Source of the DNA: Terriglobia bacterium
GTDB lineage: Bacteria; Acidobacteriota; Terriglobia; 20CM-2-55-15
Reading direction: 5' to 3'
DNA: 64,000 nt
Assembly (NCBI GenBank): GCA_965218585.1
Contig: CBDCLE010000022.1
Span: 64,001 to 128,000 of the forward strand
Shown here piece after piece: positions 51,499-63,907 of the stretch (position 1 is the stretch's first letter; each line of letters starts with the position of its first letter). Below the pieces are notes generated by a model that was not told the DNA's origin, searched no databases, and saw only the letters and a list, made by a program, of their open reading frames with translations. The position numbers were made by a program, and so were the translations under genes.

Positions 51499-52446
51499 AT
51501 GTTCGCGACTTTGTTGCTGCTTCTGATCCTGCCGATTGCTGTGCCCCAGTCTCCGGAGGAGGAGGCATACAGGCAGCAATATCAGGAGTATACCCAGATA
51601 GCCGAGTTGACCGATCCGGCCGAACAGGCCGAACGGTATCTGGCTTTCCTGGAGGCGGGCTTTGATGAACGGATTCTCTCTGCCGTCCTGCAGGGATTAC
51701 AAGGGGATCTGCAGGCGCTGACGCAGGCGCAGGGTTTTGATCAAGTATATGACCTTGCGGACAGGTGGTTCGGCCTCACGAATGATCTGCCGCCAATCGC
51801 CCTTGCACTGGAAGCGGCCATGGCCTCGGGGGAACCGCAGCCAATCGTCGATTACGGCGAGCGGTTCTATCAGAGCCAGGCTGTACCGCAGGTGGCTCTT
51901 GTCCTTGCCCAGAGCTTTTCTCAACTCGGGAATGCGGCAAAGGTCAGGGAGTATGCTGAGATCGCCCTTGAGAATTTCCCAATCGACCAGACCTGGAACC
52001 TGGCGTACGAATTGGTCGGACAGCACGAAGCAGCCGAGCGTTGGGCGGATGCTGCGGCAATGGCCCGAAGGATACAGAGCGGAGTCAGTGGGGCACCTGA
52101 AGGCGTGTCGGCACGTCAATGGAACGACATTCAGCTCTACCTTCAGACCACGGTTGCGGGCGCCGCGTACGAATCCGGCAATTGGCAACAGGCCATCGCT
52201 CAATACAACACGCTGCTCGGAATGGACGCCCAAAGCGATGAAGCCTACTATTTTATTGGCCAGAGCGAACTCAAGCTTGAGAACATCGCAAACTCGATGA
52301 ACTCCTTTGCCAAGTCATACGTCCTGAGCGGTGGATACTCGGATGCGGCCTATGACATGCTGAGGACCATCTACGGGGCAAACACCGGAGGGAACCTGAC
52401 GGGCATGGACAACGTCATCAACGATGCCCGCCAGGAACTTCGATAA
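51499..52446 (+). CDS. Exported TPR-like helical repeat protein
   Basis: GGAGGT RBS, signal peptide, GNWQQAIAQYNTLL..DEAYYFIGQ. Confidence 0.7.
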   Translation: MFATLLLLLILPIAVPQSPEEEAYRQQYQEYTQIAELTDPAEQAERYLAFLEAGFDERILSAVLQGLQGDLQALTQAQGFDQVYDLADRWFGLTNDLPPIALALEAAMASGEPQPIVDYGERFYQSQAVPQVALVLAQSFSQLGNAAKVREYAEIALENFPIDQTWNLAYELVGQHEAAERWADAAAMARRIQSGVSGAPEGVSARQWNDIQLYLQTTVAGAAYESGNWQQAIAQYNTLLGMDAQSDEAYYFIGQSELKLENIANSMNSFAKSYVLSGGYSDAAYDMLRTIYGANTGGNLTGMDNVINDARQELR

Positions 52447-52460
52447 GCGGTCGACCTGCA

Positions 52461-52498
52461 GTCGTAGAGCTCGGTAAAGAAAGCCCGGGCTCTACGAC
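52461..52498. repeat. GTAG-type REP-like palindrome / terminator
   Basis: GTCGTAGAGCTCGG ... CCGGGCTCTACGAC 14-bp stem with one G-T pair. Confidence 0.5.
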
Positions 52499-52602
52499 AG
52501 ATTTCTTCCGAGCCTTCCCGAACCTCATTTGTTTCTTCGAGGACACCTTCCCGTGTCCTTTCATCGATCACGAAAATGAATGACTAAAAGGATATACATG
52601 CC

Positions 52603-54231
<1,629 letters not shown>

Positions 54232-54244
54232 GACAGAAAGACAA

Positions 54245-54396
54245 ACGCAGAGGCGCAGAGACGCAGAACATCTCAGGCTGTGTACTTAATCGTTTCAGAT
54301 AGGAAAGTTTGCGATAACCCTTTCGTGAATTCGGGAAATCGTAGTCAAGCGAGCAGTGGGCAGCCTGTCTTTTCCCGCGCCTCTGCGTCTCTCTGT
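54245..54396. repeat. Inverted pair of 3x8-mer repeats between convergent genes
   Basis: ACGCAGAG GCGCAGAG ACGCAGAA (54245-54268) and TCCCGCGC CTCTGCGT CTCTCTGT (54373-54396). Confidence 0.6.
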
Positions 54397-54434
54397 TGAA
54401 AATCAAAATTCTTTCGTGTAGCTGAAGCGCTGTT

Positions 54435-57400
54435 CTAGAACTCGTAACGGAGTCCGAACTGGATCTGCCGTTCCGTTGTAGAGGTCGCCGACACCAGGCC
54501 GAAGTTTGCGGCGCCGAATTCCTGGTTGGGCAGTCCGAAATTCGGGGTGTTCGTGAGGTTGAAGATCTCAGTTCGGAACTGCAGTCGCCTTCCTTCGTTG
54601 AACGGAAAACTTTTCGTGAACGAGAGATCCATGTTGTTCAGAGCCGGACCTCGACCCGTGTTTCGTCCCAGCGTGCCCAAAGGACCTGCCGGCGCAGTAA
54701 AGGCCGCGGCGTTGATCCAGTTGTCCGGGCCCTGGTTGCTCGGGACCTGATCCACACCTGGAACGGCATCAGGGCGAGTCGAAGAGTTGGGCAGGTAGAT
54801 CGTAAACGGTCGGCCGGACTGCAACGTCAGGATGCCGTTGATCCCCCAATCGTTCAGCAGATGGCCCGCCAGTCCAACGTAATTCGTTTCAGGAAGCTGG
54901 TAAACGAAGCTCAAGGTGTAGCGGTGGCGAACGTCAAAGTCCGCGTCGGCCCGGTCGGCCCGCGCGTTGTTGTTGTCCTGGAAAGGACGGGTTGGATCTC
55001 CGCCCTGAGATCCCAGGCCTTCTCCCGGCCGGTCATCGATCGCGTGCCCCCATGTATAGGACGAGATCAGGGCGAGGCGGTTCGAGAATCTTCGTTCCGC
55101 TCGAACCTGAAGCGAATGAAAAATCGAACTCCCCGCCTGTTCCAGCAACAGGATCGGTCCGAAACCGAAGAATTCACCGGTCGAGTTTACATTGCGCAGT
55201 CTCTGAGCCTTCAAGACGTGATTGCCAACCCAGGCGACGTCCAGGACCGTGTCCGGGAGGATCTCCTGTTGAATTCCAAGATTCCAATGTTCGGCATAGG
55301 TGTCCCGGTAGTTGGTGGGTATTCCAAACGGCAGGACATTGGGAAAGATGGGCCCTCCAAACGGATTATCGATCGGGCTGAGCACTCCGATCAGCATTTC
55401 GCCAAATGGGGAATTGGAAATCTGGAAGAAATTATGTCGCTGCTGGTTGTCGTAGAAGATACCCCCACCGCCCCGGATAACGGTCGTATCGCTTCCGAAC
55501 GGCCGGTACGCGAATCCGAAGCGTGGGGCAAAGTTGTTCCAGTCGTCCTCAACCAGTTGTTCACTGGCACCCTGTCCGGCTATGGCAAGACAGTTGCATC
55601 CCGGCTCCCAGTTCGATTGCTGGTTGTTCTTTTCTTTGATCCGTCCATACCACTCCCAGCGGAGCCCATAATTCAGCGTCAGGTTGGGCGTGACCTTCCA
55701 GTCGTCCTGGAAGTAACCTGCGAATTCAGTTTTGTGCGAGTTCCCATGGAGATCTCCCCCGAAGGAGATCGATAGGCCCGGCAATCCCAGGAACATATCG
55801 GCCAGTCCGTTTCCCGTCTGAGGCTGCCCAAAAAAGCGTTGAAGCCGTTGAAGCGGAACTGGTTCGCCGCCGCAGACAGGCCACTGAAATAGTAACGCCG
55901 GAGATCGACGCCGAATTTCAATTGATGGTTTCCGGTAAACCACGAGAATTGGTCGATGAGGTTATAGACGTTTGCGACGCGAGAGAATACGCGATTGCTT
56001 CCGATTCTGTCCAGGCCGCTGGGACGGAAATCCAGAAAAGTTTGGTTGACTCCCGCAAGCGGTGCCTGGTTGGCCGGCATTGCCCGGAGCGGTGTCTGGG
56101 GTTGCTTGAAGCGGTTGTAGCCGATTCGGAATTCATGCACCTTGTTGTTGCCGATGGCAGTCGTGAAACTGAAGCCGGCATTCGTTCGAATCTTATCGAA
56201 CCTTTGCGGGAAGTCTTTAAGAGGTTCGTGTCTCCCGGAGTGTCGGTCCAGAACGGATCCAGAACACGTGCGTTGCCGTAGCTGTACCGGGCCATCATGT
56301 CCGTGTTTCCAAACAGTCGATGGTCGATGCGAATCGAGATGTCGTCGGAATCCTGGACATGGTTTGCGACTTCGATGCGGTTGCCCGCCAACACGCCGGA
56401 AACATTTGGAAGCGGATAGGCCTGTATGACCTCCCATGTGATCGCATTCATCCGATCCGGAGGAATAATGTTTCCCGGGAAAGGGCTGCCCGTTGTGGGA
56501 TCAATAATAGGCGTCGAGATCTCGCTCAAATTACCGTCTCGCATCAGGAAGTGTGGGTACAGTAGCGCGCCGTGTGTCTCCGCGTTTTTCCCTAAAGCCT
56601 TCGTAGAAGGCGAAGAAAAACGTTCTGTCCTCGACGATGGGGCCGCCGATGGCGGCACCGAACTGGTTTCTAATCAAAGAAGGGTCTGCATCGCCGCTGG
56701 CAAAGAAGTTTCGGGCATCGAGGTTGTCGTTTCGAAGGAACTCCCATATCGATCCGTGAAAGGCGTTGGAGCCGGACCGCGTCGTCGCATTGACGACGGC
56801 TCCGGCGTTACGTCCGAACTCGGCGGCGTAGGAACTCTGCTCGACCTTGAATTCCTGAAGGAGGTCGACTGACGGTTGAAAAGAAAAGCTTCTCAGGACC
56901 GGGTCCACGTTGTCGAATCCGTCGATAAAGAACGAGTTGAAATTCTCATCCATGCCGACGACGTTGAACCCGCCTCGATTATCTAATTCCGAGCCTTGTG
57001 CGTTCGTGACTGCGCCCGGAACCAACTGGATCAAAGCATCGAAGTTCCGTCCGTTGATTGGAAGTTCCAGCATCTTTTGAGCGTCTATGACACTCCCAAT
57101 CGAGGATTCATCGGTCTGGAGCAGGGGAGTTTCGGCTACGACTTCGATGACCTGGTTGATTGCGCCAACCTGCAACGTGATATCGAATCGTGCGCTTTGG
57201 TCGATCTGTAAGGCGATTCCCGTACGTCGTTCGGTGTTGAATCCCGCGATGGATGCTTCAAGGTCGTAGGTGCCTACCGGGAGACCCGGCGCCGAGTAGT
57301 TTCCGGAACCGTTCGTCGCAACCGTCCGTGTCTGGTTTGTCCCAGTGTTAACGAGGGTGATGTCGACCCCCGGTACGACGGCGCCGTCCGGATCCGTCAC

Positions 57401-57487
57401 CGTTCCCTGGATTGTGCCTGTCAGGGTTTGTCCCCACCCTGACGAAGCAATTAGGACAAGAATCAGGATCAAGCCTGTTCGTTCCAT
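54435..57487 (-). CDS. TonB-dependent receptor with N-terminal carboxypeptidase-regulatory-like domain (Oar-like); three frameshifts
   Basis: GTIQGTVTDPDGAVVPG, LPINGRNF, YAAEFGR, NQFGAAIGGPI, YFQDDWKV..LTLNYGLRWE, RQIQFGLRYEF; breaks near 56550, 56222 and 55830. Confidence 0.9.
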
Positions 57488-57574
57488 TAACCACCCTCCG
57501 TAGTAGCGCATTTGAAATCCTTTCGAATGCCGCGCGACGGCAATGCTGAGCGTCCCACCCACACTAAACCCCCG

Positions 57575-57602
57575 ATGCTAACCCGAGGACATACACTGTC
57601 AA
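57575..57602 (-). promoter_or_regulatory. Candidate sigma70 promoter of the TonB receptor
   Basis: TTGACA-16 nt-TAGCAT. Confidence 0.45.
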
Positions 57603-57700
57603 CCTTAAAGTATACGATTCTTTCCATTGCTTTTCAGATAGTTGAGTGGTTTTCGTGGGGTGTGGCTGGGCTTCTCGTCATCGGAGGTGAGGGCAGGATA

Positions 57701-58188
57701 CTAGTGAAGAACGGCGATCGTTTCCGCCATAAAGTCGTGCAGAGCCTGCTTCTTCTCGGTGAAGGCCGCGATAATGAATCCTATTCCGAAAATCAGGCTG
57801 GACAGGTACTTGGCAAAGTGACGGCCGGTCGCTCGTCCGAAGGTCAGGCGCCCTCCGGCTGTGTCGGTGACGACGATGCCCAGAGCCATTTTTCCCAGAG
57901 TGGCCTGCTTTTCTCCACTCAACATCAGGGCTTCGTAAAGCCAGGGTATAGCTAGCCCGAAAATAATTCCGACGCTGGCGACCATGGCCAGCACCGCCAG
58001 GACTATGGCGAGAAAAATCCAGTCGATGACGAAAGCCCCGGCTCGGACCCAGAACCCCGCATACGCTGTCCCCTGCGTGAGGGTGTGTCCGGTTGAAACA
58101 TCACCTCCGATCGGAATCGGTGCTCCGCAGGACTGGCAGAATCGGCTTGATCGATGTTTTCCTGTCCACAGGAAGTACAGACGGTCAT
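57701..58188 (-). CDS. Zinc-ribbon + RDD family membrane protein (frameshift near 58145)
   Basis: CTSCG..FCQSCG, YAGFWVRAGAFVID, QATLGKMALGIVV, KQALHD. Confidence 0.85.
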
Positions 58189-58272
58189 TCCTGGCGGTCT
58201 CCTTTGGATGGCCGATTCTACCCTATGCCGGTCCTTCGTTGCCCCCTCGCGCCGACGTTTTATACTTTTCAC

Positions 58273-59430
58273 ATGACGGGCGTTCTCGTGGTCGTGGCGG
58301 CTATTGTTTCATGGGGCTTGGCCCTCTGGTCTCTTCTGGCCGTTGTTCGGGTACCTCGGTACCTGTTCTGGAAGCCGGCTATAGCCGCGACGGAGTGGGG
58401 ACATTGGTTGGTAGGGCCAGCGCTGGGCGTTGTGGGAGCGGGCCTTTTGATGGGCCAGGTCTTCTGGGTCGGGGTGCCGGCCTTGGTGGCTGCGACGCTG
58501 TTTGCCTCGCCCAGTCTCCGGGCTATGTTTCTTGCTGGCCGCGTTCGCGATGAACTGGATCGGTTTTTTCCTCTCTCAAGCAACGGTTCTACGGGTATCT
58601 CTCGCCCGTCTCCGTTCATGGTGTCCGACCTGCCCCACATTCCGATTCCTGACGTACCGAAGATCCGTGCGGTCTATAGCGAGGTGGCCGGAACCCAGTT
58701 GACACTGGATCTGTATCGCGCTCGAGAAATCAGACGGCCGCAACCGGTAGTCATCGTTATTCACGGCGGGTCGTGGCAGAGTGGCGACAACTCACAGTTG
58801 ACTGGAATGAATCGTTACCTCGCCAACGCCGGTTATGCCGTCGCCGCGATCAACTACAGGCTCGCTCCGGCATTCCGCTTCCCGGCGCCGATAGAAGATA
58901 TTCGCGCTTCGATTTCTTTCCTCGAAGAGCACGAGACCGAACTAAAGATTGATTCGCAACGCATCGTTCTGTTGGGGCGGTCCGCCGGAGGACACCTCGC
59001 CCTGCTTGCCGCCTACACGTTGGGTTATCAGGCCATTCGTGGAGTCATTGGGCTCTATCCTCCAACCGACATGCGCTGGAGCTGGCAGTGGCCTTCACCG
59101 AAGCGGATCATGGATAGCAATGGAGCGATTACAGACTTTCTGGGGGGAACCCTCGAAGAGGTCGCCTTCCGGTTCGATCAAGCTTCTCCGATACGTTTCG
59201 TCCGGCCGGATTCACCACCAACCCTGTTGGTCCATGGAGGGAAGGACATGCTGGTCTCGCCGCTGCAAAGTCGCCGATTGGCTTCCGAGTTAGAGCGTCG
59301 GTCTGTCCCTCATTTCCATCTGGAACTGCCTTGGGGAAATCACGGGATGGATGCCAACCTTGCCGGCCCTTCCGGCCAGATGACTCTCTACGCGATCGAG
59401 CGCCTGCTGGGATACGCAGTGGGAAACTAA
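58273..59430 (+). CDS. Membrane-anchored alpha/beta hydrolase (esterase)
   Basis: N-terminal TMs; IHGGSW, INYRLAP, GRSAGGHLA, HGGKD, H. Confidence 0.88.
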   Translation: MTGVLVVVAAIVSWGLALWSLLAVVRVPRYLFWKPAIAATEWGHWLVGPALGVVGAGLLMGQVFWVGVPALVAATLFASPSLRAMFLAGRVRDELDRFFPLSSNGSTGISRPSPFMVSDLPHIPIPDVPKIRAVYSEVAGTQLTLDLYRAREIRRPQPVVIVIHGGSWQSGDNSQLTGMNRYLANAGYAVAAINYRLAPAFRFPAPIEDIRASISFLEEHETELKIDSQRIVLLGRSAGGHLALLAAYTLGYQAIRGVIGLYPPTDMRWSWQWPSPKRIMDSNGAITDFLGGTLEEVAFRFDQASPIRFVRPDSPPTLLVHGGKDMLVSPLQSRRLASELERRSVPHFHLELPWGNHGMDANLAGPSGQMTLYAIERLLGYAVGN

Positions 59431-59507
59431 GGGGAACGCGCCAGTGCTAAGGAAGATAATGAGATTAGGACGAAGAATTTTGGCCGAGGACACAAGCCGT
59501 AATTTCT

Positions 59508-60785
59508 TCAGCAGGATGCCACACGGTTCCGCCCGCCTTCCTTGGCCAGATACAGAGCCGCATCAGCACGGGAAAGCAGGCTGTCGGGACTATCTTCGGG
59601 AGTGAACTGAGTAACGCCGAAGCAAGCTGTTATGGTGGCTCCACTGGGCACACGCAGGGATTCAGTTCTCGTCCGAATGCGTTCGGAAAGCTCGAGGGCG
59701 GCACCCAGAGCTGTATTCGGCAGGAGGAGGACGAATTCTTCACCGCCGTAGCGGGCAGCCGTGTCTTCCTTTCGGCAAGAGGCGCCTAACAACCCTCCAA
59801 AGGCCGAAAGCACTTCATCTCCAGCCGCATGGCCGAAGTTGTCGTTGACGCTTTTGAAGCGGTCCAGATCGCAGAGAACGACGCTCAGCGGATGTTCTGT
59901 TCTCTTTGCAAATGAAATGGCCTTTTCGATTTCATTTTCCAACGATCTTCTGTTCGGCAGTTTCGTAAGGGCATCCTGATTCATAAGCGAACGGATCGTT
60001 GCGTTCGCTTTCTCCAGTTCCTTATTCCGTTGGCGGAGTTCGTCGGCCAGCTTCTTGCGGACCCGGATGTCGCGTGCGATCCCCTGAACGCCTACCGGTT
60101 TCCCGTTCGCGTGCATCAGACGCGTGTTGAGCTCTATCGGTATCCGGCGTCCATCTTTTGTCAGAAGCTCTACCTCGTAAACTGTAGACTCGCGGCCAGA
60201 CAGCTTGAGTTCGGTCATCTGCTTGAGCATCGGTCGATATTCGGGAGCGACAAATTGACCGAACGGAAGGCCCAGCACCTCGACAGTGGAATACCCGCTG
60301 ATGCGCTCCGCCGCCCGATTCATGCTGATGAAGTTGCCTTCGAGATCGCCCGTGCAGATCACGTCGTCGGTGTTTTCCACCAGATCCGAGAATTTCTGTT
60401 CCACGGAATCCAGGCGACCTTCGAGTTCCTTCCTGTCCGTAACGTCGTAGCCGACTGTATAAATTTCGTTCCGGTCCTCACGCGTGAGAATCGACCAGTC
60501 CAACCAGACATACGTGCCGTCTTTTCGACTGTGACGCAGTTCAACACTATCAGAGGTATTGCCGTCATTCTGAGGAACAGCCTTGGCTCGGTCCTCGGGA
60601 TGGATCAGCGCGGTGTAAGGAATCGTGGATACGTCTTCAATGGTGTAGCCCAGCGACCGGCTCCATGCCCCACTGATCCATTGGTAGCGGCCTTCGCGGT
60701 CGGCTATCCCCATCAGGACGGACGAAAACTCGGAGAGGATCTGCATCCGTGCGGCCAAGTCGTCTGTTCTGTGATTCGGTCTCAT
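59508..60785 (-). CDS. PAS-PAS-GGDEF diguanylate cyclase
   Basis: IHPED, ARDI, DALTKLPNRR, DLDRFKSVND.FGH..GD, RKED (I-site RxxD) and RYGGEEF. Confidence 0.93.
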   Translation of the reverse strand: MRPNHRTDDLAARMQILSEFSSVLMGIADREGRYQWISGAWSRSLGYTIEDVSTIPYTALIHPEDRAKAVPQNDGNTSDSVELRHSRKDGTYVWLDWSILTREDRNEIYTVGYDVTDRKELEGRLDSVEQKFSDLVENTDDVICTGDLEGNFISMNRAAERISGYSTVEVLGLPFGQFVAPEYRPMLKQMTELKLSGRESTVYEVELLTKDGRRIPIELNTRLMHANGKPVGVQGIARDIRVRKKLADELRQRNKELEKANATIRSLMNQDALTKLPNRRSLENEIEKAISFAKRTEHPLSVVLCDLDRFKSVNDNFGHAAGDEVLSAFGGLLGASCRKEDTAARYGGEEFVLLLPNTALGAALELSERIRTRTESLRVPSGATITACFGVTQFTPEDSPDSLLSRADAALYLAKEGGRNRVASC

Positions 60786-61035
60786 AACCTGTGAGGTTGT
60801 GCGCGCGCGGCCCGAGGTGGATCGAACGGCCTCTCAAACTGCATCGGCAATGCGGAACGATATCACCAGAATTATCCACTTTTTTCGTAGGCGATGCCAC
60901 CTGACGAAACCGGATACATTTCTAGGGTACTCTTTTAAGGCATTTGGAATTAGGGCGTTAGACACCATAGGGTCCGGCAAGGCGGGTCTGCGGAAGGTTT
61001 GTCTGCTAGAAATAGCCGACAGGGAACGTTGATTG

Positions 61036-62715
61036 CTACTCCGCCCGATTCTTCATCTTCGACAGAATTCGTTCTTCTTTCCGTTCGATATTTTCCTCGG
61101 TGCCTCGACGCGCAATGTTGTAGTCGTTCATGTCGACAAGCATGTACTCGGCAAGTAGCGGGAACTTGTCAGCAACCAGCTTGTACTTTTCCTGTTCGAT
61201 CCAGCGATACGTCGGGTGTCCCTGAGAGATCGTGCGTAACTCCGTTTCCCAGAAAAGCTGCCTGAAATTCTGCCACTGGTAGAACCTCACACGGTATGCC
61301 AACGGGACAACGTACTGAGCCAGTTCGGGGTCTTCGGATTCAAGCGTATCGAAGAGTCGACCCGCACCCTCCAGTGCTTCGCGATAGCGGTCTCCGAATC
61401 CCGCTTCTGTTATTTCCACCGGTATGTCGTATCTGTGATGCGCGGAAAAGAGCTGGCGCTCCTGAGTCATCATTCTGTGCCTGTGCAGATCGCGATACGA
61501 ACCGATGTCCACTATTATTTCGAACCGGAGATACGAATTTTCCAGTGAACGGCCGACCTTGTACCAACGCGCCGGGCGTCCGGCCAAGTAGCGTTTGAGA
61601 AGGTCCTCTTTCTCGCGGTCCGACAGCCCGCGAACGGTATCGAGGGCTTCGCTCCAGTCGACGTGCGTGTGCGCGAACATGATGGCTGCCAGGACCTTGT
61701 GCTCGGCATCGGCATCCCAATCCACGAGTTTGACGCCAGCCGGGGATGCCTCGGGAGCAGAGCGAGGCGGGTGCTCGGTTGCGAATTCTCGAACCCGGTC
61801 GTGCTTTCGAACCAGATACGCCTGGTAGTCCTTCGACTTTTCATCCTGCAGCCTCAACAGCAGCGACGGGATTTCCTCGTCCAATTCTTTCTTGAGTGAC
61901 GTCGAAAGCCAGCGTAGTTCTCCTAAAGGATGCTGCGCCGTTCTGTTGAGAAGGTACTCGAAGGACTGGGCGTTACCCCGGAGCGCTACCTGTCCCAGCG
62001 TCGCCATAGGCAGCAAGCCGCGCAAAGTGTCGAAAGCCTTTTTTTCGAGAATGGAGTCCTTCTCGGCGAAATTGTTTCGTAACCAATCCTGTAATGGGTT
62101 CAGCAGATCAACGTAGGTGTCGAACAGGAAGTCCATGGCCGACACATAGTCGTCAAGGCGTCCCAGCCGTTCCAGATCGGGCTTGGGAATGTAGTACAGG
62201 TATCTTCCGTCGATCTTGTTCCCGAAATTGACATAACGTGTGGACTTTTCGATCGGCTCCAGACCGACTCGCTGATCCTCCACGAATTTCATTGCAACCT
62301 GCGAAATACCCCACAGGATGACGTGCGTGCCCGTCATCTGCGCAATGGAGTCGTCTCCGTACTGAGACAGCCACTTCGCGTAAAACTCTTGAGCGCGATG
62401 GTTGTTAAGAATGTTGCGGAAACCGTGGTCGGCAAGGAACCTGACGGTATTCTCCAGTTCCTCGGCAAGGGCCGGGTCGTCCCCGTCGATGATGGGATAG
62501 ATGTATTCCTTCAGCAGGACTTCCAGCAGAGAACCCTTGGCCCGGCTGGCTCGCGAACACAGGGCGCCGACGATTTCAGGGGGCAGGTTTCTCATTACCG
62601 ACACGAGTCCGTCGGCGTTCGTCGCGAACGGGTCGAGAAAGCGGAGATCTCGTTCCGACCACCTGTGGGGCGCGAAATCAGGCGCGTAATCGTCTGGACC
62701 CGGAGCAGAATTCAT
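61036..62715 (-). CDS. thyX: FAD-dependent thymidylate synthase, tandem-domain type
   Basis: YGDDSIA, IEKSTRY, FDTLRGLLP in the N-half; RDLHRHR, ELRT..QGH.TYR in the C-half; 559 aa. Confidence 0.82.
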   Translation of the reverse strand: MNSAPGPDDYAPDFAPHRWSERDLRFLDPFATNADGLVSVMRNLPPEIVGALCSRASRAKGSLLEVLLKEYIYPIIDGDDPALAEELENTVRFLADHGFRNILNNHRAQEFYAKWLSQYGDDSIAQMTGTHVILWGISQVAMKFVEDQRVGLEPIEKSTRYVNFGNKIDGRYLYYIPKPDLERLGRLDDYVSAMDFLFDTYVDLLNPLQDWLRNNFAEKDSILEKKAFDTLRGLLPMATLGQVALRGNAQSFEYLLNRTAQHPLGELRWLSTSLKKELDEEIPSLLLRLQDEKSKDYQAYLVRKHDRVREFATEHPPRSAPEASPAGVKLVDWDADAEHKVLAAIMFAHTHVDWSEALDTVRGLSDREKEDLLKRYLAGRPARWYKVGRSLENSYLRFEIIVDIGSYRDLHRHRMMTQERQLFSAHHRYDIPVEITEAGFGDRYREALEGAGRLFDTLESEDPELAQYVVPLAYRVRFYQWQNFRQLFWETELRTISQGHPTYRWIEQEKYKLVADKFPLLAEYMLVDMNDYNIARRGTEENIERKEERILSKMKNRAE

Positions 62716-62848
62716 GGTGTCGGAGCGAAACTATATCAGAGAGGTGTCAGGACAGGACCGGTTAAAGAGGATGGTCCGGACCCCAGAGGAAACGAGCGTG
62801 CCGGGTCCCTTGCGACATTCCCAAGAACAAACGCTTTAAAGCAATTCG

Positions 62849-63613
62849 CTACTTGATTCGAAAAACAACATCGTCGCCGAGGCTCTCAAAGTCCTTGCTT
62901 CCGATGTCCGTCCCCGTTTCGAGAATTCGGTTCGGACCGGCGGAAACGACCAAAACTGCGATGCTGGGGAGCGTCTCCGTACTCTCGATGTCGCTGAAGT
63001 GCCGGGTGTGCAGCTTCCGGACGTTGATCATGTACTTGCCACCCCAGGGATCCGCTTTCGACAGAGTGCCGATGTAGGGTCCAGACCACCCCTGTTGTGG
63101 ATTGGGCAACGTACCCTGTTCCAGGTATTGTTCTGTACCCGAGAAGGTCAATCCGCCGTCGAGGCTGCGACTGTCGATCTGATTCCGAACCAGATGTCCT
63201 TCGATCGTATCGTCGGTTCCGGACACCTCGTGCCCGAAGACTGTAGCCCGCGAAGCATAGGTGACAGGTTTTGACGGTATGTCCCAGGTTCCCGTCAGAT
63301 CTGCGGGGTAGACTCCGCTTTCGGAAACCAGATTGTTGAAATAGTCGTCGCTCGGGCCGACCTGGGTGCCAACCTTGAAGAGTGGGAAGAAGGAGTTGTC
63401 TTTGTAAAAAGTGATCACACCTTGAGCCATCGTATTAACGTCGCTTACTGCAGCCTGAATCTTGGATTCGTTGATGGCATCCACTCCGCCCGCGATGGCC
63501 ACTGTGGCCAACATGGCACCGAGTGCCACTGTTGCGGCGGCTTCGATAAGAGAAGTTGCAACGCCGTCATTTTCCTCGAGCATTCTTCGAACTACGGATC
63601 CGACTTTCATCAT
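62849..63613 (-). CDS. Pilin / type II secretion pseudopilin-like protein
   Basis: G-VATSLIE plus hydrophobic helix; WSGPYI, DPWGGKY, VSAGPN..GDD as in GspG-like C-termini; AGGAG RBS. Confidence 0.75.
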   Translation of the reverse strand: MMKVGSVVRRMLEENDGVATSLIEAAATVALGAMLATVAIAGGVDAINESKIQAAVSDVNTMAQGVITFYKDNSFFPLFKVGTQVGPSDDYFNNLVSESGVYPADLTGTWDIPSKPVTYASRATVFGHEVSGTDDTIEGHLVRNQIDSRSLDGGLTFSGTEQYLEQGTLPNPQQGWSGPYIGTLSKADPWGGKYMINVRKLHTRHFSDIESTETLPSIAVLVVSAGPNRILETGTDIGSKDFESLGDDVVFRIK

Positions 63614-63833
63614 CTCACTCCTATATGCTTCTCGTGCCTCGATCCCGCACGGCTCTCCTCTCAAGAGTCGATTCGGGGTTCTGTTGATGATCTTTGGGGA
63701 AGTCTCGCCGGCCGGTCACCAGCGGCGAGCCTTACGGACTGAACGGGTGTGTGGGCTGTCTCCGGGAAAAAGACATCGTGCCATGGTTGCTTTACTCCTC
63801 CAGAGGAAACGAACAACCTCAAGAATCTCGGGC

Positions 63834-63862
63834 ATCTTATATAAGGAATGCGAGCGGGTCAA
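63834..63862 (-). promoter_or_regulatory. Candidate sigma70 promoter upstream of the pilin-like gene
   Basis: TTGACC-17 nt-TAAGAT. Confidence 0.5.
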
Positions 63863-63907
63863 TCGAAACCGGTTCAAGGGACTCTGTCGGGAGGAGCAGT
63901 GAAGGGG

